Source of the DNA: Octopus sinensis
Lineage: Eukaryota
Assembly (NCBI RefSeq): GCF_006345805.1
Contig: NC_043011.1
Span: 6,882,001-6,946,000 of the forward strand
Reading direction: 5' to 3'
Length of the DNA stretch: 64,000 nt
Below are positions 1 through 11,723 of the stretch, piece after piece. Every line of letters starts with the position of its first letter. Position 1 is the first letter of the stretch. The notes beneath the pieces were generated by a model. That model did no database searches and was not told the origin of the DNA. It saw only the letters and a list, made by a program, of their open reading frames with translations. The position numbers were made by a program, and so were the translations under genes.

Positions 1-72
1 CACATGCACACACACATAGACACACACACACACACATACACAAACATTCACACACAAGTACACATTCACACA
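1..72. repeat. (CA)n-type microsatellite
   Basis: cacacacacacacacata run at the window start. Confidence 0.9.
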
Positions 73-310
73 CATAGACAATCCCAGACACCCACACGAA
101 GTCTTCCGTTTCCAATCTTCCTATCTCTTCACCAAATATCTGCAGAACCTTTTGAGCAAGAATAATTAGTATTGAGACGAAGGGTTGGGTGGGGCGTTTA
201 ATTTGAAATTTCTTCATTTCTGTGAGTTTCCAGAACATGCCTCAAATCTTGTGTATCCAATCTTTGATCTGCTTACCTTATTTTGGTCATTTGTAATCAT
301 TTGATTACAT

Positions 311-560
311 GGAGGCGCATGGCTTAGTGGTTAGGGTGTCAGCATCATGATTGTAAGATTGTGGTTTCGATTCCTGGACTGGGCGAAGCATTGTGTTCTT
401 GAGCAAAACACTTCATTTCATGTTGTTCCAGTCCACTCAGCTGGCAAAAATGAGTAATGCTGTGATGGACTGGCGTCCCATCCAGCTGGGGAACACATAC
501 GCCATAGAAACTGAGAAACCGGGCCCATGAGCCTGGCTAGGCTTTAAAAGTGCGCATTTA
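311..560 (+). mobile_element. tRNA-derived SINE
   Basis: A box tggcttagtgg, B box ggtttcgattcc, core gatggactggcgtcccatccag; a related antisense copy lies at ~55600-55790. Confidence 0.75.
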
Positions 561-642
561 TTATTATATTAATGTATTGATTACAGGGGTCAAGTTACCA
601 TATTGGTTATGTGGTCAGGTATGTTATTTTGGTCAATGGGTG

Positions 643-940
643 AAGGTACATGGCTTATTGGGTAGAGTGTTTGGCATACTGTCATAAGGCTGTGAGTTCA
701 ATACCCAGTGGCACACACTGTCCTTGAGCAAGATACTTTATTTCATGCTGCCCCACTTTACTCACCTGACAAAAATGAAGCGTACCTGTAATTCAGAGGA
801 GCAGCCATGACACATTCTGTGTCATGCCGAATCTTCCTGAGAAATATCTAAAGGGTATGCATGTCTGTGGAGTACTCAGCCACTTGTATGTTAATTTCAC
901 AAGCTGGCTGTTCTGTTGATCAGATCGAATGGAACACTCA
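643..940 (+). mobile_element. Decayed tRNA-derived SINE
   Basis: Head tggcttattgggtagag...gagttcaatacc; the 3' half (gtctgtggagtactcagccacttg...) matches the SINE at 59049-59410. Confidence 0.65.
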
Positions 941-944
941 TTTA

Positions 945-1180
945 GGTGCCCATGCTGGAGGCACATAAAAAGCCCCATTTGAGTGTGGTCGATGCCAGTG
1001 CCACCCCTGACTAGCTCCTGTGCTAGTGGTACATAAAAATCACCTGCTACACATTCGGAGTGGTCGGAGTGGTTGCCAGATCAGACTGGAACCTGGTGCA
1101 TCCTCCCGGCTTGACAGTCCCAAGTCAAACTATCCAACCCATGCCAGCATGGAAAGTAAATACTAAATGGTTATGATGAT
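945..1180 (+). mobile_element. RTE LINE 3' UTR fragment
   Basis: Matches the 3' UTR of the RTE at 1699-4800 (ccaacccatgccagcatggaa...gatgat tail). Confidence 0.7.
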
Positions 1181-1233
1181 TTTATATATATATTTATATA
1201 ATATACATATATACATGTATATATATACATGTG

Positions 1234-1317
<84 letters not shown>

Positions 1318-1365
1318 TGTATATATATAGTATATATGTATATATAAGTGTGTGTGTGTGTGTGT
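1181..1365. repeat. (TA)n/(TG)n microsatellite
   Basis: Long TA run followed by TG. Confidence 0.95.
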
Positions 1366-1545
1366 AACCTTTTATAATTTTCTTTCTCTGTGTTTATTTT
1401 CTTGTGTTCCTTTCTGTCGAAGAGCGTAGGCTCGAAACGTAAAAGACTTTCTCACATCCCGAGCATTAAACTAATACATCTGTTTGTTGTTTACACACCC
1501 ATCTTCGTCTTTTGTTTACTTTATTTTTTTTGTAAATTCTAACTA
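1366..1545 (+). mobile_element. Solo pseudo-LTR of a Penelope-like element (family H1)
   Basis: Homologous in reverse complement to 17890-18110, which lies near a PLE RT/GIY-YIG remnant; contains a minimal hammerhead-like motif. Confidence 0.6.
1410..1445 (+). ncRNA. Minimal type I hammerhead-like ribozyme, variant core (A6U, extra A after A9)
   Basis: CTTT-CTGTCGA-A-GAGC gtag GCTC-GAAA-C GT-A-AAAG: 4-bp stem I, 4-bp stem II, palindromic ACGU stem III, GUA cleavage triplet. Confidence 0.55.
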
Positions 1546-1655
1546 TATATATACATATATATATACATACATACATACATATATATGTGTGTATGTATAT
1601 ATATGTATATATACATATATATATCTATGTGTGTGTGTATATAGATGTATATATA

Positions 1656-1698
<43 letters not shown>

Positions 1699-1700
<2 letters not shown>

Positions 1701-4700
1701 TCATCATCATCATTTAGCGGCCGCTTTCCATGCTAGCATGGGTTGGACGGTTCAACTGGGGTCTGGGAAGCCAGAAGGCTGCACCAGGCCCAGTCTTGAT
1801 CTGGCAGAGTTTCTACAGCTGGATGCCCTTCCTAATGCCAACCACTCCGTCAGTGTAGTGGGTGCTTTTTATGTGCCACCGGCACAGGTGCCAGACGAGG
1901 CTGGCAAACAGCCACGATCGGATGGTGCTTTTTACATGCCACCGGCACGGGGGCCAGGTGAGGCTGGCAATGGTCACGAACGGATGGTGTTTTTTACGTG
2001 CCACTGGCACAGAAGCCTGTCAGGGCAGCACTGGCATCGGCCACATTCGGATGGTGCTTTTTATGTGCCACCAGCAGAAAAGCCAGTCGGGGCGGCGCTG
2101 GCATCGGCCACGTTCGGATGGTGCTTTTTATGTGCCACTGGCACAGGAGCCAGTCGGGGTGATGCTGGCATCGGCCACGTTCAGATGGTGCTTTTTATGT
2201 GCCACCGGCACAGAAGCCAGTCGGGGCAGCACTGGCTGGCATCGGCCACGTTCGGATGGTGCTTTTTATGTGCCACCGGCACAGGTATCACAACTGCTAT
2301 TTCCATTGATATTTATATTTATTTCGATGTTCATGTTCATGTACTTGACTCAACAGGTCTCCTCAAGCACAGCGAGAGGTTCCAGGATCCAGGGTACTTT
2401 GAATGGGCAGGGGGCTATGCAGAACTGGTGCAGGAAGCAGCCCGGGTCTTTGCAGTCACAGCATATCTCCAGAGATCTCGGTCCTTCGCCATTGCCTCAG
2501 TGAGGCCCAACGCTCTTAGGTCATGATTGACCACCTCATCCCATGTCTTCCTGGGTCTACCTCTCCCCCTGATACCTTCAACTGTTTGGGAGCGGCACTT
2601 CTTCACACATCTCTCCTCATCCATCCGCAGTACATGACCATACCATCGCAAGCGTCGCTCTTGCACACCACATCTGATGCTTCTTATGTCCAGCATTTCT
2701 CTCAGGGTACTTACACTCTGTCGTGCGTGCACACTGACATTACACATCCAGCGGATCATGCTAGCTTCATTTCTTTCAAGTCTACGCGTCTATCTCCTCT
2801 CAGTCACAGCCCATGTTTCACTACCGTGAAGCATGGCAGTTCGCACACATGCATCATACAATCTACCTTTCACTCTGAGCGAGAGACCCTTTGTCGCCAG
2901 TAGGGGTAGGAGCTTTCTGAACTTTGCCCAGGCTATTCGTATTCTAGTAGTGATACTCTCTGAGCATCCACCTCCACTACTAACTTGGTCACTCAGGTAG
3001 CGGAAACTATCAACTACTTCTAGTTTCTCCCCCTGGAGTGTGATGGAATCTGTTTTCTGAGTGTCTGTGGTGTCTATTGTCCCTGTGCATATGCCGCACA
3101 TGAAAGCTATCTTATCAGTTAATTTCCCTTTGATGTTGCTGCACCTCTTATGCGTCCATAGCTTACATTGGGTGCATCTTATGGAGTTTCTACCTACACC
3201 TTTCCTACAGATCGAGCAGGGCCACCTGCCCAAGGGTGTGTGTGCTGAGTTCGCCTTTCTGCTTACTATAACTTTGGTCTTTGCTACATTTACTCTAAGG
3301 CCCTTTGATTCTAACCCTTGCTTCCACACCTGAAATTTCTTTTCTAGTTCCGGTAGTGATTCTGCTATGAGAGCCAGGTCGTCAGCATAGAGGAGCTCCC
3401 AGGGGCATCCTGTTTTGAATTCCTCTGTTATTGCCTGGAGGACTATGATGAATAAAAGGGGACTGAGGGCTGAGCCTTGGTGTACACCTACTTCTACCCG
3501 GAATTCTTCACTATACTCATTGCCAATCTTAACCTTGCTGACAGCCTCACTGTATAGAGCCTGTACAGCCCTTATTAGCCATTCATCAATTTCCAGTTTC
3601 CGCATCGACCACTAGATAAGGGATCGGGGAACCCTGTCAAAGGCTTTCTCCAAGTCCACAAAAGCTATGTAGAGGGGTTTATCTTTAGCTAGGTACTTCT
3701 CCTGCAGTTGTCGGACCAGGAATATAGCATCAGTGGTGCTTCTACCCGGCACAAAACCGAACTGCATCTCATCTAAGCAAATTCTCTCCCTAATGAGATG
3801 GGTTATGACCCTCTTTGTGACCTTCATCACCTGATCCAACAGTTTAATACCCCTGTAGTTATTTCTATCTAGAGCATCAACCTTGTAGCAGTTGACTATG
3901 GTGCTGCTACGCCAGTCATTGGGTATGACTCCATTGTGAACTACCTGGTTTACAATGCGGGTGACTAGGCCATAGCCCACATAGCCAGCTGTTTTAAGCG
4001 TCCCAGCAGTGATTCCTGATGGGCCAGGGGCTTTACCTGTTTTCGTATCCTTAATTGCCTTATCTACAAGGGAGCTATCTATTCGGATAGCTGGTCCCTC
4101 TACTGGGTCAACGTTTGGCAGGCTCTCCTCCTCCCATTCATTCTCCTCATTCAGCAGTCTTTCATAATGGCTTCTCCAAGCCTCTTTCTTTTCACCGACA
4201 TAAGAGCAAGTGCCCATCATCCTGCGGACACATTTCCTCCTGTACATCGCTATTTTCTCTCACACACTGTCTGGCAATCCGAAATACCTCAGCTCTTTGG
4301 TCCTCACGTTGCAGGACATTGGCAAACTTCTTCTTTTCTGCTACATCTTTGGCTATGTATACCTGCCGCCCAGCCTCCCTTTTGGCTACTTGGTACAGTT
4401 CCCTGCTGCCCCCATCCCTCCAGGCTTTCCAGGCCTGTCTCTTTGCACTAATGGCTTTGTCTACTGCACTATTCCACCACCACGTAACTCTAGGTCTGGA
4501 AGGGACTTTGCACCATCCACAGACTTGGTCTGTGGCACTCAGCAAGCTGTCCCGTAGGAATTCCCAGCTACCTTCTATGTCCGACGTCTGAAGCTCCTCC
4601 TCCCTCTCATCAAATTTCTTGATGAGGATGTCCCTAAATCTCTGACCATGTGAAGGGTTCTTTAGCTTCCAAATCCTTCTTTTCTGGATTGGTTTGTTTC

Positions 4701-4800
4701 TTGGAGTCCTTCTGGCCTCAAGCTTAAATTCACTGATGATTAGCCTATGCTGAGGGATACATTCTTCACCCGGGAGGGTCTTTGTATTTAAGAGTGACCC
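1699..4800 (-). mobile_element. 5'-truncated RTE-clade LINE (end of APE, RT, 3' UTR, (GAT)n tail), frameshifted
   Basis: ORFs 2415-2759, 2790-3605, 3612-4247, 4192-4545 give RT motifs FVDLEKAFDRV, GVHQGSALSP, LLYADD and the RTE C-terminus RWYGHVLRM...GRGRPRKTW. Confidence 0.95.
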
Positions 4801-4869
4801 TGCATATACATATTATATATATACATATATATATATGTGTGTGTTATATATTATATATATATATATAAT

Positions 4870-5760
4870 ATAATAATATAATAATGAAATTATTGTTACA
4901 GTGCTCAGGTGCACCACAACTTGTCAGAAAGTGCATATAAAGTACATGCAGTAGTAGAAATGTCTGGAAAGTGAACATGCTTGTGTGTGTATGGAGGGGA
5001 GAAAATCAAGTGTAGTTTGGCGAATCTCAGGAAGCATGGAAGTTTTGAAGGATGCAGTGCTCCGACAACTAACAACCGATGCTGGCAGTTTGTTCCCCGC
5101 TCAGCAACTCTCAGCGTGAAAAAATGTTTCCTGAAGTCATGGGAGCTGTGCTGTTTTCTTACTTTGTAAATATGTCCACGGGTGTTAGATGGGTGGAGTT
5201 TGAAGAGGTGCTCAGAGTTATTGTTTGTGCGATGGTTGATAATTTTATGGGTGTCTGCCAAGTCAGCTGCCAGACGTTGGAGTTTCAATGTGTCCATGCC
5301 CAGGGAAGTAAGGTGTTCAGGATATGGCAAATGCCTGATGGAGGGTATTCTTTTGGTTGCACGTCGCTGAACAGCTTCCAGACGATTGATGTCCTGGGTA
5401 AGATGGAGTCCTTGGCACTATGCAGTGGCGCCCAGTTCTGGCATTTGTGTAACTCTCGATGCCAAAGTTTGGGACAAGTCCTTCCAGGATCTTCCAGATG
5501 TATATTATGGCATATCTTTCTCACCTGCGCTCCAAGGAATAGAGTCTCAATCTCTTGAGTCTTTCCAAATAGCTTATATGCTGCACAGAGGCTATCTTCT
5601 TCGTGTAGCTTCGTTGGATCGCCTCAAGTTCCATGATCAACTTGACACTGGATGGTAACCATAGCTGAGAGCAATAGTCAAAGTGGCTTAGGACAAGTGT
5701 CCTCCAGAGGACCATCATGGTTTCCTCGTCTCTTGTTCTGAAGGTTCTAAGAATTCATCT
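4870..5760 (-). mobile_element. CR1/L2-group LINE 3' fragments (two pieces)
   Basis: LVLSHFDYCSQLW...SYLERLKRLRLYSLERR and TRGHIYKVRKQ...RKHFFTLRV, with an (ATT)n tail. Confidence 0.85.
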
Positions 5761-6490
5761 GGTCAGCCGCCTATATATATATATATGTTTATATATATAC
5801 GTTCATAAATGTGTGTGTGTGTGTGTGTGTGTGTGTAGTGTGTTAAGTACAAGTGCACAAGGAATTATTGATCAAAATATAGGTGTGTGCAATATTTAAC
5901 ACATTCATGTGTACTTGAACATGGAAAGACCTTTCACTGCAGAACTAACCTTATTGACATCTGTCATAACATATCATTGGGTTATGAATGACATCATCAG
6001 AATGTTTGACACATGTGTTTCAGCATCATTATGCTTCAATAGCTACAGACACCAAATCGGTCATTAACAGCCCTTTCAGAATGGATGTTCTTATATATAC
6101 AAACAGCAAATAGTATATCTGCTGAAGTGCACAAAGTTTTGTCAAGATGAAATTAATAAAACAGAGGTGTACTGATTCATAGAGCTTTAGTTAATAGATC
6201 CCAGCTTGACAAAGCTTTGCGCACAACAGCAAATGTAATATTTTCTGTTTAAATACAAGGTTAGCAGTTTTTAGAGGGTTGTGTACGACAGATTTTGCAT
6301 CTGTAGATGATGAGGATGATGAAGAAACACAAATGTCTGAGGGTCCAATGGCATCATTTATAGCCTAATAATGTGCTATTACACATAGTGTATATGAGAA
6401 TGTTTTTCTGGTTATGTTTCTGCAATATAATGTCCTCTAACATGTGAGTGTACATGGACATATCAAATATGATTGTACACACCTACACAG

Positions 6491-6522
<32 letters not shown>

Positions 6523-6532
6523 TATATATATA

Positions 6533-6563
<31 letters not shown>

Positions 6564-7040
6564 GTTTAACGTCCGTTCTCCATGCTAGCATGGGTTGGAC
6601 GGTTCAACCGGGGATCTGGGAAGCCAGAAGGCTGCACCAGGCTTCAGTCTTATCTGGCAATGTTTCTACAGCTGGATGCCCTTCCTAACGCCAACCACTC
6701 CGTGAGTGTAGTGGGTGCTTTTTATGTGCCACCCACACAGGTGCCAGGCGAGGCTGGCAACGGCCACGGTCGGATTGGTGCTTTTTACGTGCCACCGGCA
6801 CGGAAGCCAGTCGAGGCGGCGCTGGCATCGGCCATGATTCGGATAGTGCTTTTTACCTACCACCAGTCCAGGGGTCCTGGCATCTGCCGGGTGCCAGTCA
6901 TAGGATTGGTTCAATTTCGATTCCGATTCCGATTCTGATTCCGATTTCACTTGCCCCAACAGGTCTTCGCAAGCATGGGTGCCTGTCGTCGGATGAGGTT
7001 TGATATCGACTTTGCTTGCCTCAACAGGTCTTTGTGTGTC
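6533..7040 (-). mobile_element. RTE LINE 3' UTR fragment
   Basis: (CAT)n then cgtttaacgtccgttctccatgctagcatgggttggacgg, closely matching 1699 onward. Confidence 0.85.
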
Positions 7041-7058
7041 CAAGGGAGGGAGGGGGAT

Positions 7059-7104
<46 letters not shown>

Positions 7105-7139
7105 GATGTATTTTATAGTGATTATTATCTGATTTGTAT

Positions 7140-7788
7140 TTGTCACTGGTACAATGGTTATCATTGTTTTCATCGATATCATTATCATCGTCATCATCAT
7201 TATTATCGTCATCCTCCTCCTTCTCCTCATCATTACCATTGTCATCATCGTCATCATCATCATCATCGTCATCATCATCATCATCAACATCATCATTATC
7301 ATCATCATCATCATTATCATCAACTTCATCATCACCATCATCTTCCTCCTCATCATTATCATCATTATCGTCAAAACTGTCATCATCATCATCATCACCA
7401 TTATCATCATCATCGCCATCGTCATCATCGTCATCATCGTTATCATCATCATCATCATCATCACCATCCTCATCATTATCTTCCTCATCGCCATCGTCAT
7501 CATCGTCATCATCGTTATCATCATCATCATCATCATCACCATCATCACCATCATCGTCATTAACATCATTGTTATCATCACCAATATCCTCCTCCTCATC
7601 ATCATCATCATCATCACCATCATTATCTCCATGTATGTAAATATATAAAACACATCATTTTTCAGCATTGCCACACATTATTCCTGACTTCTCATCTGAG
7701 TTCTGAATTCCATTATTATATAATGGATCTTCTATCATTATCATCATCATCATCATCATCATCATTATTATTATCATTATTATTATTA

Positions 7789-7828
<40 letters not shown>

Positions 7829-7971
7829 CATTATTGTTGTCATTATTATTATTATTATCATCATTATTATTATTATTATCATTATTGTTGTCATTATTAT
7901 TATTATTATTATCATTATTATTATTATTGTTATTATCATCATCATCATCATCATCATTATTATTGTTATTA

Positions 7972-8005
<34 letters not shown>

Positions 8006-8083
8006 CATTATTGTTGTCATTATTATTATTATTATTATTATTTATTATCATTATGGTTATCATCATCATCATCATCATTATTA

Positions 8084-8117
<34 letters not shown>

Positions 8118-8141
8118 CATTATTATTATTATTATTATTAA

Positions 8142-8174
<33 letters not shown>

Positions 8175-8525
8175 CATCATCATTGTTATTATTATTTTGT
8201 TGTTGTTGTTGTTGTTGCTGTTATTGTCATCATCATCGTCATCATCGTTGTTATCATCAGAATGTCTACATCTACATCATCAAAATTATCTTCATCTCAG
8301 TATTGTTTTCAACTCCATCCATTATCAGCTTCAATAACATCACCCTCGCCCTACCCCCCCACCTCCTACCCCTCCTGCTCACCATCATCATCATCATCAT
8401 CATATCCATTATCTTCAAGAAGACTAAGTTCTCAATAATAACACTACCAATGACAAAAACAACAATAACAAATACTACCACCACCACCACCACATCATCA
8501 TCATCATCATCATCACTCTCATCAC
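7140..8525. repeat. Compound trinucleotide low-complexity block (ATC)n/(ATT)n/(GTT)n
   Basis: Layered trinucleotide runs with short unique islands; homopolymeric translations in several frames. Confidence 0.9.
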
Positions 8526-8896
8526 CATGGTCATTTGTTTAATGTCTGCATTGTCTAGAGGTAGAGAAGAGGTCAGACAGGGTCATCACTCAGTTAACAT
8601 TATATGGTACAGCAGGGTACACGGGGGGGGGGGCTGGAGTGCGAGAGATGGGGGTCGGAGTTGACCAATGATGGACAGATGCAGCCTTGTTACTGCTGCA
8701 GGCAACAGTATGTGGAGTAGTGGGGAGAGGAGGAGGAGTGACGGGGGAGACAGAGACAGAGAGAGAGAGAGGTGGGGATCGGTGGGGGGAAGGGGTTGTG
8801 GTGAGAGGTGGGTCAGTGTAGTCAAACACTGATGGACAGTTGTAAGCCTTGTTAATGCTGACCATTGGTAGACAACCTTCACTCTCTTACATTGGT

Positions 8897-8949
8897 CAAA
8901 GATATATATATATATACATGCAAAGATATATATATATATATACATACAA

Positions 8950-8994
<45 letters not shown>

Positions 8995-9128
8995 CAAATA
9001 TATATATATATATATATACATACAAAGATATATATATATATACATGCAAAGATATATATATATATATACATACAAAGATATATATATATATACATACAAA
9101 GATATATATATATATATACATACAAAGA

Positions 9129-9169
<41 letters not shown>

Positions 9170-9273
9170 TACAAAGATATATATATATATAAATATATAA
9201 TATATATATATATATATACACATACAAAGATATATATATATATATATACAAAGATATTATATATTATATATAT

Positions 9274-9308
<35 letters not shown>

Positions 9309-9390
9309 CGTACAAAGATATATATACATACACACATTTGTGTGTTCATATATGTGTGTGTACATGAGTGTGTGTACACTTGTATATATG

Positions 9391-9424
<34 letters not shown>

Positions 9425-9500
9425 TATATATGCACATATACACATATAGACGCAATATATGCACATATATTTACATACATATACACATATGTGAATGATA
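8897..9500. repeat. AT-rich minisatellite, unit catacaaaga(TA)n, grading into (TA)/(CA) repeats
   Basis: catacaaaga/catgcaaaga recurs about a dozen times with variable TA spacers. Confidence 0.9.
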
Positions 9501-9527
9501 TGTACACACACACACACATATACATAT

Positions 9528-9938
9528 ACTCTTTTACTCTTTTACTTGTTTCAGTCATTGACTGCGGCCATGCTGGAGCACCGCCTTTAGTCGAGCAACA
9601 CGACCCCAGGACTTATTCTTTGTAAGCCCAGTACTTATTCTATCGGTCTCTTTTGCCGAACCGCTAAGTGACGGGGACATAAACACACCAGCATCGGTTG
9701 TCAAGCAATGCTATGGGGACAAACACAGACACACAAACATATACACACACATACATATATATATATATATACATATATACGACAGGCTTCTTTCAGTTTC
9801 CGTCTACCAAATCCACTCACAAGGCATTGGTCGGCCCGGGGCTATAGCAGAAGACACTTGCCCAAGATGCCATGCAGTGGGACTGAACCTGGAACCATGT
9901 GGTTGGTTAGCAAGCTACTTACCACACAGCCACTCCTG
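9528..9938 (-). mobile_element. Full-length tRNA-derived SINE, family S1 (head ggagtggctgtgtggtaag)
   Basis: Reverse complement of 53325-53725; the family resembles described octopus SINEs but the exact family name is not assigned. Confidence 0.9.
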
Positions 9939-10316
9939 ATATATATATATCATCATCATCATCATCATCATTTAATATCTGTCTTCCATGTTGGCATGGG
10001 TCGGGTGGTTTGACAGGAGCCAGCCAGGTAGAATACCATACCAGGCTACTGTGTCTGTACATATATATATATATATATATGATAATCACGCACACACTCA
10101 CTTATATACAAATATTTATATCTATCTATCTACGTATATCTATATTTATACATTTGTTTCTTCTCTGTCATTCACTTACTTCAGTCATTGCACTGTATAT
10201 ACAACCTCCTACATTTTGTTTTGAATTTCCAAGAGAGAAAGAACTGGTTTCTAACCCAGAAATAAATGCTTCTTCATTGGAATCTAGACAACATTAGGCT
10301 GGTAGTCAGGCATGTA

Positions 10317-10545
10317 AGCGAGCTGGCAGAAACTTTAGCACGCCGGGCGAAATGCGTAGCCGTATTTCGTCTGCCGTTACGTTGTGAGTTCAAATTCTGC
10401 CGAGGTCGACTTTGCCTTTCATCCTTTCGGGGTCGATAAATAAAGTACCAGTTACACACTGGAGTCGATGTAATCGACTTAATCCCTTTGTCTGTCCTTG
10501 TTTGTCCCCTCTGTGTTTAGCCCCCTGTGGGTAGTAAAGAAATAT
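10317..10545 (+). mobile_element. tRNA-derived SINE, family S2 (head gcgagctggcagaatcgttagc), long-tail form
   Basis: B box gagttcaaattc, core gtcgactttgcctttcatcctttcggggtcgat, tail gggtagtaaagaaata. Confidence 0.9.
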
Positions 10546-10694
10546 ATATGTATGCATGCATGCATGCATGCATGCATGTATGTATGTATGTATGTATGTA
10601 TGTATGTATGTATGTATGTATGTATGTATGCATGTATGTATATCTATATATGCATGTATGTGTGTATGTATGTGTGTGTGTGTATGCATGCATG

Positions 10695-10727
<33 letters not shown>

Positions 10728-10862
10728 GCATGTATGTGTGTATGTCATTATTCAGTTTTATTTCAAGATTTCTTGCCAATAGGGAAAGAACTGGTTTCTA
10801 ACCGAGATCCAAAGCTCCTTCATTAGAATTTCAAAATCAACAACAGGGTATTTTTGTTTGTA

Positions 10863-11350
10863 TGTTAGTTAGTTAGTTAGTTAATTTTTTGGCTCAAAAA
10901 GCAAAAAGCAAGGCCATGTAGTTATGTACAGGGTGGTGTTCATGTAAAGAGTTCAGGCCACTTGTGGTCAAGGGAGACTTTGAACCGAGCGGTCGTCGGC
11001 ATCTTCACCATCTCGTCCGGCAGCTTATTCCACGGATCCGCAACCCAGATGGAGAAAGCCCCTCTCCTTCGATTGAGATGAAATCGTCGCAGATAGAGCT
11101 TTTCGGAATGACTCCGCAGCCGACGCTCTTTCGAGAGGTTACACTTCCCGCTTATGATGTTGTGAGCAAGAATGAGATCACCACGGCGGCGGCGTTTTTC
11201 TAGAGAATAAAGGTCTAGCGTCTTCAGCCTTTCTTCATAAGACAAATTCTTGAGACCAAGAACCATGTGGGTAGCCAGCTTCTGGACTCTTTCGAGATGC
11301 TGTATGTCTTTGAGGAGATAAGTATGTATGACAGAATACTGCATCTGGTC
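10863..11350 (-). mobile_element. CR1 LINE 3' end with (TAAC)n tail
   Basis: ORF 10940-11344: LERVQKLAT...[24 protein letters not shown]...WNKLP. Confidence 0.9.
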
Positions 11351-11723
11351 ATGAGGCTCCTGTTTGGGAGTTTGGAAGTTGTGAGGATCAAGGAGTCACC
11401 CTTAAATCACCATTATTCCCAGAGCCATTGTGACTTGGAATTGTAGTACCTGACGTGGTGTCATCTATGGGTCAAATAGATTTCCCAGGTGTAAAAGAAG
11501 GTTCTCGTTAGTTTTGACGAAAGATACTCTGACATAAAACTTGCCGCCAAAATAATTACCAATCATCTTGTAATGCTTATCACTAGAACTTACCATGGCA
11601 ACCAAGAGAGTGGCAAACGTGTTGTATAGGCTTCAGTCACTTAAATCCAATGATGTATAGGTGCCTCCTTGGAAAATTACTATTTGTAAATCTCACAACG
11701 AGAGATATTCAGCAACAGTATTT

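Noticed and set aside
311-400. tRNA-like A/B boxes here and at many other sites
   Set aside because: These are SINE heads: there is no complete cloverleaf and each continues into SINE body sequence.
1645-2526. 293-aa and 213-aa ORFs with repeated DGAFYVPPA / MVLFMCHRH motifs
   Set aside because: They are the antisense reading of the RTE 3' UTR minisatellite; the same motifs recur at every UTR copy with random frameshifts.
7050-7655. Stop-free Asp/Glu/Asn-rich reading frame on the minus strand, resembling an acidic biomineral protein
   Set aside because: Most other frames of the same trinucleotide repeat are also open, there is no start codon or clear splice context, and it is explained by (GAT)n-type expansion.
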